Shown here piece by piece: positions 21,401 to 29,499 of a DNA stretch of 64,000 nt; positions within the stretch are counted from its first letter, which is position 1; each line of letters starts with the position of its first letter. The translations under genes were made by a program, and so were the position numbers. The stretch is from contig CAWENI010000009.1 of NCBI GenBank assembly GCA_963810505.1, positions 221,388-285,387 of the forward strand. Reading direction: 5' to 3'. Below the pieces are notes generated by a model that searched no databases, was not told the DNA's origin, and was given only the letters and a program-made list of their open reading frames with translations. Origin of the DNA: Terriglobia bacterium. Its GTDB lineage: Bacteria; Acidobacteriota; Terriglobia; Terriglobales; Acidobacteriaceae.

Positions 21401-23193
21401 CGACGCCGAAGGGCGCACTCAGACCGGCCCCTGGGACACCCCCCAGAAAATCGACCGGCGTCAAGGTGTGAGTGGTTGCGCCATTGGGGAATGCCGGACA
21501 ATCCGGAAATTGTTGCCGATCAAACGTCGTTATACCTAATGGCGGGCACACGTCGGTGAAGTCGAAGACTTGTGCTACCTGCCCGCTGAGGGTCCCGGAA
21601 CCTACACCAAGGTTCTGCTGAATTCCCTGCGGAGTCATAATCAGACCGCGTTCTTTCAAACCAGGCACCGCCTGGTTGTAGTCGACGGGGGACTTTTCCA
21701 GCCGGACTTCCTCGGAGAAAAAGAAGAAGGTCTTATCTCTTTTCTTGTTGTACACGCCTGGGATCGTCAGCGGTCCACCGATGGTGCCGCCGAAGTCCTG
21801 ACGGCGGTAAAGTGGGGCCTTGCTTGTGAGATCGAAATAGTTACGCGCATTAAACGCTTCGTTGCGCACAAAATCGTAAACACCGCCGTGGAACTGATTC
21901 GTGCCTGAGCGAGTCGTCACCTGCACGGTGCCGGAGGCGGTGCGCCCGTATTGCGCACCGTAGTTCGAACGTCAGCACCTTCACTTCCTGAATGGAGTCA
22001 ATGCTGGGGTAAACAACCAGGGTGCTGGCCGAGCGGTTCAGGCCAGTGTTGAGCACATCACTGCCATCGATTTCGAAAGAGTTGTATTCGACGCGGCCGC
22101 CGTTCACGCTGTACTTCACGCTGCCCACTACCCCGACTTTTCCTTCATCCTGACCGGTCTGGTTGCTCACACCGGGAGCCAGAGCTATGAGCTGCGAAAA
22201 GTTGCGTCCGTTCAGTTGCAAGGTCTGTACTTCTTTTTGAGCAATCGTACCCGATACCGTCGCAGTCTCAGTCTCTACTTTTCCTTCGTTGCTGGACTGC
22301 ACATTGACCTCTTCGACTGCCGAGCGTACGTCAAGCGCAATCTCGAGAGGCAACTCAACGCCGAGGGCCACATTGAGATCAGAAACCACCTTTTGAGCGA
22401 AGTTGGCCGCATCCACCGTGAGAGTGTAGGTGCCCGCCGGCAGACCAGTGAACGAATACGATCCATTGTCGGCGCTCACGGTTTCCTGCTTGAAGCTGGG
22501 TGGCCCCGTAAGGGTTAACTTCGCGCCCGGGAGCACTGCGCCCTGCGGGTCGGTTACCGTTCCCCGGATGGTGGAGCCCTGGGCACCATTGTTTCCGGTC
22601 TGGTTTCCGGTTTGGGCCTGAGGTCCCATGACCGGCATCACGGGGGCGACCGGCGGGGGGAGTGCAAGTCCAGGTTGCGCCGGCTGCGCCGGTTCTGCCG
22701 GCTGCGTTTGCGGTGGCTGCGCACTTGCCGGAGTGGTTTCGAGGGCGCCTTCAAGCGCAACGTCAATCGGAAGTTCCATGCCTGCTTTCAGGTTGATATC
22801 CGATAGCACGTACGGCGGGAAATCCTGAAAAGTAACAGTCAGGGTATAGCTGCCCGGTGTAAGTCCGGTAAACGAGTACGCGCCATTCTCAGTGCTCTGC
22901 ATGTCACGCTTCACCGGCCCGGCGAGCGAAACCTTTGCTCCAGCCAACACCAGTCCAGTTTTATCGGTTACCGTGCCGTTGATCGAAGTTCTGCCGCCAC
23001 TGGCCCGCGGCTGCTGGGGTTGCCCGTGGGCGGCACTGAAGGCCGCAAGCACTATCAATAGGCTAACCGCAAGCTTGCTGGAAGCTGAAACACAAAGACC
23101 GGGGAAGCTCAAAATCTGCGCCTCTGAATTACAATGAATTTCCGGGTAGTGATAAAACGACGAGAGATTGTAAGGGAACGCTCCAGGGGCCAA
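18495..23193 (-). pseudogene. TonB-dependent receptor with two N-terminal CarboxypepD_reg domains, interrupted by a +1 frameshift near 21964-21973
   Basis: ORFs 21850-23193 and 18495-21926 join as ...IQEVKVLT|SNYGAQYGRTASGTVQVTTRSGTNQFHGG... if one nt is skipped. The C-terminal beta-barrel ends LALKLSF. Two repeats GTVTD..G.VL.GAK..L.G...SY.FTGL..G.YTLTV are present. The probable real start is TTG 23112 (MSFPGLCVSASSKLAVSLLIVLAAFSAAHG). Confidence 0.8.
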
Positions 23194-23530
23194 AGTTAAA
23201 TTCTGGTTAAATTCTGCGCGATCTTCTCATACTGTCGGAATTCCGATATCTCACAAGTCTGGACGCAAAACCCCACCCTGCGACTAGGCGAAAAGCATTA
23301 GCGAACGCCCGGATTTTTCACAAATTAACACGCCTGTAACCTGTTTTTGTTCAACGTTTCACACTGGGAGGCGGGCACATGGGTTAGACTCCCACTCGAT
23401 CCAGCAAACCGAGATTTTGCCTAAAGAGGGTCGCTTTGTTCAGTCCTCGTTCCCAGAACGCCTTGGAAGGCCCTAGCACAATCAGGTAAGTCAACCATCA
23501 GTATTAACCCTGTGTACTAAGGAGAAATCA

Positions 23531-25432
23531 ATGTCGAGAATGAAAACAATTTTTGCGGCGCTGCTACTGGCCGCGACAACAGTCTTTGTCCCGTCAGCTT
23601 CAGCAGTGGTAACATCGGTCGCTAAAGTAGTGATCGCAGGTTCGAGTGGCGTGTGGCAGGCGGTCGCCCTTGGCGCTTTCAACTACAACGGGACGAACGG
23701 TTCTTGCCCGACCAACCAGGGTTTTACGGTTCACCCGCCGTGCTTTCACTACACCGACAGCAAGAAATTCAACCTGAACGACACGCGGCCCACGCTCGAT
23801 GGCCTTGGCGGCACTACAAACGTGGACACCTCCGATCTTTGGATCATTTGGGATACCGCAACGGGGAGCCAGAAGCGCAACGTATGGCTCTACATAAAGC
23901 CCGACACGATCATCGCCAACCGTTGCTATTTTGCGAACCCCCGTTGCAACATCACGGCCCCTTCTCCCTTCCCAGCCTCGGGCGCGCTCATATCGTCCAC
24001 TCTCTGGGGCGCCGACACCACGCCGCCAAGCGATGTTCAAGCCCTGTTTACCGGTGCAACTGGTCCACTCGTAAACGTACTTTCGAGCGAACTTCGGCCG
24101 GAAGATGCGCTGTTCGAGCAGTGCCGTGTGAACTCCGCGCTGGGTAACGGCGCGGGCGGAGGTTTCGGCGACGGACTCGACGGACTCGGCTACAGCCCGG
24201 GGCCCGCAGGAGGTGCGGCCAACCCATCAGGCCAGTGCCCCGCGTTCGACCCCACCCACAGCAATCTCGGTCAACTGGTGGGCCAGCCAATCAAGAGCGG
24301 GATTTCCGGCTCGACTTCTGCTGCCCAGGTACTGGCGTTTAACATCAGCGGCCACGATCCTTTCACCAACAACACGGTTTTGGGCGCTACTGTGCTCGAT
24401 GTAGGAGCTGTCCCGATCGTGTTCGTGTTCAGCCGAAGCTCGACCATCAACTCAGGACTCAGTGGAGCGGCGGACGCAACCGACGCCGAACTGCAAAAAA
24501 TCTTCGGGGGAGACAACTGCGATGCCAACGAGCTTGGTCTCGCCTCGGCCCCGATTGACGTCTATCTGCGCGAACCTCTGTCCGGTACCATGACCACGAC
24601 CGAGATGAGCGTATTCCGCCGCCCGACCAAAACCGTGCCGCCCCAGGCGGTGCTGGGAGAAAGCCAGGAAAAGGGTGTTGGCGGAAATGCCGGGCATAAC
24701 CCGCTTAACAATGGGTGCACTGCTGGTGGCAACCGGATCCGCGGCATTGGAACCGGCGAAGTGGTTAATGGTGCCAGCGGCGTTGGCGGGGTGCTGGGAT
24801 CAGGTGGCTCCCACAACGACGGCATCGCCTACTCGTTCTACAGCTTTGGCAACTTCAGCAAGCTAGCCAGCGCAGCTGGTAACCCCAATTATGGGTATTT
24901 GACCCTGGATGGCCAGGACGGGATCGGCGCCGGGCAATTCGCTAACCAGGAACTGCCGTGGTGTACCGTTCCTTGTCCCGAGAATTCCGCTTCGTTCCCA
25001 GGCTGGGGAGTCGGTAACTCGTTCCCAGCGTTGCGCGCCGGCAAGTACACCGCGTGGACGCTGGTTCACATGTTAACCAACACAGTGACAGTTAGTCTCA
25101 AGGGCTTGATCGCTGCCGCACAAAGTCACGCGGTCACCGACGTGCCCGATTTCATTCCGTATACGTCAACCACGACGTCAATCGGGACTGATCCGGGAAT
25201 GAAGATCTGGCTGACTCACTACCAGCAACGCGATGGTGCCGATAATAAACTCGGAAATGCACCCAACAATGGCACGTTCTCCTCTGGGGGCAATCCTGTG
25301 GGTGGCGATAAGGGCGGCATGGCCGGCGGCTGCACGATCTCTACAACGGGGATCACCGCCACCAAGGACCTTGAGTTCATCCAAGCGAACGTAACCGGGT
25401 CGGGAGCGACCTGCACCAAGGATCGCGACTGA
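23531..25432 (+). CDS. Secreted protein, possibly PstS-like (type-2 periplasmic-binding fold) with large insertions
   Basis: 633 aa. Signal peptide MKTIFAALLLAATTVFVPSASA. VVIAGSSGVWQAVALGAF, VGAVPIVFVFSRS and LQKIFGG...IDVYLREPLSGTMTTTE resemble PBP_like_2 landmarks. The assignment is weak. Confidence 0.4.
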   Translation: MSRMKTIFAALLLAATTVFVPSASAVVTSVAKVVIAGSSGVWQAVALGAFNYNGTNGSCPTNQGFTVHPPCFHYTDSKKFNLNDTRPTLDGLGGTTNVDTSDLWIIWDTATGSQKRNVWLYIKPDTIIANRCYFANPRCNITAPSPFPASGALISSTLWGADTTPPSDVQALFTGATGPLVNVLSSELRPEDALFEQCRVNSALGNGAGGGFGDGLDGLGYSPGPAGGAANPSGQCPAFDPTHSNLGQLVGQPIKSGISGSTSAAQVLAFNISGHDPFTNNTVLGATVLDVGAVPIVFVFSRSSTINSGLSGAADATDAELQKIFGGDNCDANELGLASAPIDVYLREPLSGTMTTTEMSVFRRPTKTVPPQAVLGESQEKGVGGNAGHNPLNNGCTAGGNRIRGIGTGEVVNGASGVGGVLGSGGSHNDGIAYSFYSFGNFSKLASAAGNPNYGYLTLDGQDGIGAGQFANQELPWCTVPCPENSASFPGWGVGNSFPALRAGKYTAWTLVHMLTNTVTVSLKGLIAAAQSHAVTDVPDFIPYTSTTTSIGTDPGMKIWLTHYQQRDGADNKLGNAPNNGTFSSGGNPVGGDKGGMAGGCTISTTGITATKDLEFIQANVTGSGATCTKDRD

Positions 25433-25603
25433 CTTAACCGTTCCACTTTGCAACCTGGGCGGACCGTCCTTCGACGGTTCGCCCTTGTTTTGACTACTGA
25501 GGAGAATACGGTGTTTCGAAATCTGTTCTTTAGAAAACTGCAGTTACAGTGTGGTGTCATCCTGAGCGGAGCCGCTTTTCGGGCGGAGCGAAGGATCTCC
25601 CGC

Positions 25604-26692
25604 TTGACCAGCTTCGCGCGCAAGCCAAACCGCAGCATTACCGCCCTTTTCTGCGCATTCGCACTACTACTACCAACTCTCAGCTTTGCCCAAAATCCCC
25701 AAGAAATCCACCCTCTACAATCTAACCAGCCCGGCCAAGATGTCCACGCCATCCCCTCGTACGTCGAGGGTCTCACTGATCGTCGCTTCGACGGTTCGGA
25801 TGAGGATTGGACAAACCCTGCGCTGACCACGAGCCATTTGAAGCCGGCTCAAGCCATGGTGGGCTTTGTAGATGACCAAGCCGGATATAGCGTTTCGCTG
25901 GTCCGAGTGCAGTGGAGGCGCGGCGATCCCATAGACCTTTGGGTCATGAAGCCGACCGGAGTGAAAAAGCCGCCGGTGATCCTCTACATATACGGGTATC
26001 CGTCCGATACCGACATCTTCAAGAAACCCAAGTGGCAGGAGTTTACGACCAAGGGAGGCTTCGCCGCAGTCGGATTTGTGACCGCACTCACGGGGCATCG
26101 CTATCATGACGTTCCCTGGAAAAAATGGTTCCTCAGCGAATTGCAGCAATCCCTTGGAGAGTCAACGCATGATGTGCAGATGGTGTTGGACTATCTTGCC
26201 TCGCGTGGCGATCTTGATATGGACCGCGTGGGCGTGGTCGGGCAATTTTCGGGAGCCAGCGTCGGAATTCTCGCCTCCGCAGTCGATCCCAGGATTAAAG
26301 TGCTGGATACAATCGATCCCTGGGGGGATTGGCCCACATGGATGCAGAAGTCTGCGTTTCCGCCACCGACTGAACGGCCCGAGTATGTGAAAGCGGAGTT
26401 CCTGACCAAGGTAGCGCCGCTGGACACCGTCAACTGGCTGCCAAAGGTGCAGGCAAAAAAATTCCGCTTGCAGCAAAGGCACTACGATCAACAGACGCCA
26501 ATATGGTCCAAGCAGAAGATGCAATCGGCGGTTCCCGACGGGACGACGGTAGCGTTCTATAACAACGTGGGAGAGTTCGAAAAAGGGGTCGGCAAGCAGG
26601 GTGAGAAAAGCCTCGATTGGATCAAAGGCGAGCTGCAGTCCCTGCCGGCAGGCGGACCGGAAAATTCCGTTGCGGCCAAGAAGTCCAACTGA
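25604..26692 (+). CDS. Secreted alpha/beta-hydrolase-fold protein (dienelactone hydrolase / peptidase S9-like)
   Basis: The ORF track starts at 25448, but the in-frame TTG at 25604 gives a clean signal peptide MTSFARKPNRSITALFCAFALLLPTLSFA|Q. Nucleophile-elbow-like G-A-S-V-G occurs in VGVVGQFSGASVGILAS, and PPVILYIYGYP is typical of the fold. Confidence 0.6.
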   Translation: MTSFARKPNRSITALFCAFALLLPTLSFAQNPQEIHPLQSNQPGQDVHAIPSYVEGLTDRRFDGSDEDWTNPALTTSHLKPAQAMVGFVDDQAGYSVSLVRVQWRRGDPIDLWVMKPTGVKKPPVILYIYGYPSDTDIFKKPKWQEFTTKGGFAAVGFVTALTGHRYHDVPWKKWFLSELQQSLGESTHDVQMVLDYLASRGDLDMDRVGVVGQFSGASVGILASAVDPRIKVLDTIDPWGDWPTWMQKSAFPPPTERPEYVKAEFLTKVAPLDTVNWLPKVQAKKFRLQQRHYDQQTPIWSKQKMQSAVPDGTTVAFYNNVGEFEKGVGKQGEKSLDWIKGELQSLPAGGPENSVAAKKSN

Positions 26693-26710
26693 AGCAATCC
26701 GTTTCAGCCG

Positions 26711-26742
26711 ATCGCCGGTTCCCTCAGTTGGGAACCGGCGAT
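26711..26742 (+). terminator. Perfect 13-bp hairpin after the hydrolase gene (no U-tract)
   Basis: ATCGCCGGTTCCC-tcagtt-GGGAACCGGCGAT, 19 nt after the stop at 26690-26692. It lacks a T-run, so it may be a weak terminator or another structural element. Confidence 0.35.
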
Positions 26743-26850
26743 GCTGTACTAAGAATCTTGACGGACCCTGTGCAACAAGTTGCACATCCCAAGTTCTGTC
26801 CTCCCCGTCGCGATACCTTCGTCAACTCCAGCCCCCGCAGCGGCGGCTGT

Positions 26851-26958
26851 TCGTGGATTGACAGGTACGCCTGGACGGGTGCGTTCGGAACTGGGACGGC
26901 CTCGCCTCATGGCATAGACAATATGTTCTTTACCTCCATTCGCTATTACTTGCCGTAG
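26851..26958 (+). pseudogene. C-terminal remnant (~35 codons) of a paralogue of the porin-like gene 11709-13607
   Basis: ...SWIDRYAWTGAFGTGTASPHGIDNMFFTSIRYYLP* versus ...SYVSRYAWTGTNGIGFSAPHGIDNMFFTSFRYYLP* in the intact gene. There is no similarity upstream of about 26850. Confidence 0.6.
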
Positions 26959-26965
26959 CTCGAAC

Positions 26966-27006
26966 ACCCTCGCCGCGGACTTCTTACCGGGGCGAGGGTT
27001 TTTTTT
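26966..27006 (+). terminator. Rho-independent terminator downstream of the porin remnant
   Basis: ACCCTCGCC ... GGCGAGGGT stem followed by T8 (26999-27006). Confidence 0.7.
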
Positions 27007-27066
27007 CTGGCTTGTTGCCTGGAAATTCATTTCCTCAGTTTCTCACGAATACCCACCGACCAGACT

Positions 27067-28653
27067 TCAGTTCCTGCCTACCGGGGCGGCGTCACTCTGC
27101 TTTCTGACCAACACTACTGCGAGAGAGTCTTGATAGATGAGATCGAATCGAGGGTCGGAAGCTAAGAAGTTCGTTAGCGGCTTATCTTTCGGAAGCAGAA
27201 AGACCTGAGCGTCCCGCAGGTACGGGTTGTCATTCCAGGAGACACTACCGTCCTCAGTCATAATGAAAAGGCTGTCGAGTTCATCTCCATAAAGGTCGGT
27301 TCGTCCATCAATCGCGACCGGAAGATTCGGCATGTACCACGCGATGAAGTCCCCCCAATCATAAGTGTTGTACAGGGGACCAGGCTGGGGATGATCGCGG
27401 AGAAAGTTGATGGCCTGCACAGGGTACCGGCTGGCAACCGCAAGGCGAAGATTCTGGCTGTTGAATCCCAAAGCGCGGCCGTAAAGAAAAATCAATAGCG
27501 CTAGCGAAATTGCCAGATCTGCTCTTTCACCCCAAGTCTCATTATTATGATTCTCGCGCTGCGCACCCGCAAAAGCTAGCGCAAGGCAGGCGGCTGCGGG
27601 AATGCAAACGAACCAGGCATCCCGCTGTGAGCGAAAGCCGATGATGCTCGCCGCGCAGAGCAATGCTAAGAGAAACAGATCCAGCACTTTTTGGCGTCCT
27701 AAAGTGAAAAATGCGAACCCCGTCACCAACAGTTGCACGAAATCGGTGTAGTTGCGGAAGTCCAGAGCCTGAAACTCGCGGATATGGTTGTACGGAAACG
27801 TCGATCTCGCATAGTCAAAAACAACAAAATACAAATGGTAGCTATAGGGACCGATGCACGTCGCAACTGCACAGGCCACGAAGAGAATCAAAAGTGTGCG
27901 GATCGGCAGCGATGGCGCCATCAGCCAATCCTGCCTGAAATTCCTGCGCGCGCCGACTTCCTGCAAAACGCTTACCAGCACGAAGAGCCCAAGCGTGAAG
28001 ATTCCATAGATGAACTGTATGTGGGTATTCGCCCACAAAACAAATATTGGAGGGAGCCAATATAGAAGTTGCGGCCGGCCGGTTCGTCTTGCCTCGAGCA
28101 GCAGGGTCAAGGTTAGAGTGAACAACGTCATGGAAAAAAACACCGGCCTAGGAAATACACGGAACAGAAACGCGGCGCAGGTCAAAGTAGCCAAAATACA
28201 TGCTTTCCAAAATGTGCCGGAAAGCCGTCGAGTCATCCAAAAAATGCTGTACGCCACCGCGACCGTCAGCAGCAACCCGTAAACGCTGATGCCCGCCAGG
28301 TGGAACCGGGAATGAAAGAGCGACAGGAGCAGTTCGTAGAACCAGCTATAGGCAGCCCAGGGCCGGTCGGCAGTTGTTCGTGAGAGGATTCCCGTGCGGG
28401 GGACGGAGGAATGTTCGAGAATCCAGTCGCCCACCTTCAGATGTAACCAGATGTCGTTATCCACAACACTGAACTTCGGTAGGAGCGTTGGGGCAGTAAC
28501 AATAGTCAGAAAAACAGCCGTTACCATGACGTGCAGCAATCGACGCATAGCCGGGAGATGGGACGGCCCGACATCCCTCGTCCTCATCTTCTTGCCACCC
28601 ACATCACGGCTTGGAACCGGTGCCTTCGCCTTGAGCACCTTTGCTTCCGCCAT
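27067..28653 (-). CDS. Polytopic membrane protein, GT-C-like (putative glycosyltransferase), function unknown
   Basis: 528 aa with about 12 TM segments. The first external loop carries VVDNDIW (an acidic motif placed as in GT-C enzymes). The C-terminal soluble part is YNTYDWGDFIAWYMPNLPVAIDGRTDLYGDE. Function is an inference. Confidence 0.6.
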   Translation of the reverse strand: MAEAKVLKAKAPVPSRDVGGKKMRTRDVGPSHLPAMRRLLHVMVTAVFLTIVTAPTLLPKFSVVDNDIWLHLKVGDWILEHSSVPRTGILSRTTADRPWAAYSWFYELLLSLFHSRFHLAGISVYGLLLTVAVAYSIFWMTRRLSGTFWKACILATLTCAAFLFRVFPRPVFFSMTLFTLTLTLLLEARRTGRPQLLYWLPPIFVLWANTHIQFIYGIFTLGLFVLVSVLQEVGARRNFRQDWLMAPSLPIRTLLILFVACAVATCIGPYSYHLYFVVFDYARSTFPYNHIREFQALDFRNYTDFVQLLVTGFAFFTLGRQKVLDLFLLALLCAASIIGFRSQRDAWFVCIPAAACLALAFAGAQRENHNNETWGERADLAISLALLIFLYGRALGFNSQNLRLAVASRYPVQAINFLRDHPQPGPLYNTYDWGDFIAWYMPNLPVAIDGRTDLYGDELDSLFIMTEDGSVSWNDNPYLRDAQVFLLPKDKPLTNFLASDPRFDLIYQDSLAVVLVRKQSDAAPVGRN

Positions 28654-28931
28654 CTATTACTCACCTTCTTGAGTTCCTGGACTGACCTGAATCCCAGATT
28701 CGTGCTGGAGTGGAGTGATTTCAATTTGTGACCGAAAACTCCGTACCTGGCAAACTGATTTAACAGGAATTGGGGAGGGCAGCACTAGTGTTTGTTCAGC
28801 AAATTAACCGCAGTGTAACAATCGCCTCCCCGCTTCTGATGTACATTGTTCGGTAAAACTTTTAGCGGTCCGCCTCATTAGAATTCCCGGCTGAGCCATC
28901 GCATTGCAAACACACTCAGGAGGCTTTAATT

Positions 28932-29444
28932 TTGCTCCCCGGTCGACGCATTGCACTCATAGTTTTCGCTCTCGTTGCGGCCTTCAGCCTTCAGGGTTGC
29001 GGTACTTCCAAACCGCCAGTAATCACCACTCCTCCTTCTGCCACCTCTGCAATCAGTTGCCCTGGTGGCACCATGCCGTGCTCAGGATCTGTTGAGGTGC
29101 CTCTGATTATTGTGAACGGCAGCGACCCGGGAACGTTCGGATTGCCGATGTCATGCTCGCTCACAGCCGGAGCAGAGGCGATGAAATTTATTGCAGCACC
29201 TTCCACGCCTTGGTTTGGGGTATCCCCGGGATCAGGAACTTTGCAGGCAGACACGAGTACAACCATTGCAGTTCCTTCGATCAACGCGTCCAATGTTAAC
29301 GCCCGGAACATTGGCCTCGCCACGGTGAGCGCTTCCGGATACAAGGACAACAGCCAAATGGCTGTTGAACTGAACTGCAACGTTGCTGCCGGTAGCTGCA
29401 AGGTCGCATTCTCATGTGAGCCGAGCAAGCACCCTCTGCCCTGA
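28932..29444 (+). CDS. Small lipoprotein with Ig/BACON-like beta-sandwich domain
   Basis: 170 aa. TTG start 9 nt after GGAGG. Lipobox SLQGC|G, a Pro/Thr linker, Cys-rich CPGGTMPCSG, then PWFGVSPGSGTL...ARNIGLATVSA. Ends in NCNVAAGSCKVAFSC. Confidence 0.65.
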   Translation: MLPGRRIALIVFALVAAFSLQGCGTSKPPVITTPPSATSAISCPGGTMPCSGSVEVPLIIVNGSDPGTFGLPMSCSLTAGAEAMKFIAAPSTPWFGVSPGSGTLQADTSTTIAVPSINASNVNARNIGLATVSASGYKDNSQMAVELNCNVAAGSCKVAFSCEPSKHPLP

Positions 29445-29499
29445 CGTGGATCGTGAAAATTCGACCGTGGTTCTCTAACTTGGCCATCTGTGGCGTAGC

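Noticed and set aside
18495-23193. Treating 21850-23193 and 18495-21926 as two separate genes
   Set aside because: The first lacks a beta-barrel and ends in out-of-frame junk (FELRCAIRAHRL...). The second lacks a signal peptide and plug start. Together they make one canonical receptor across a single-nt frame change.
23195-23216. Tandem 11-bp duplication GTTAAATTCTG x2
   Set aside because: It has only two copies in a promoter spacer. It is not a CRISPR or a satellite and has no evident function. It is mentioned only under the neighbouring finding.
25448-25603. Upstream 52 codons of the hydrolase ORF as coding sequence
   Set aside because: The stretch contains the REP-like GC-rich element and no signal-peptide features. 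The in-frame TTG at 25604 gives a standard signal peptide.
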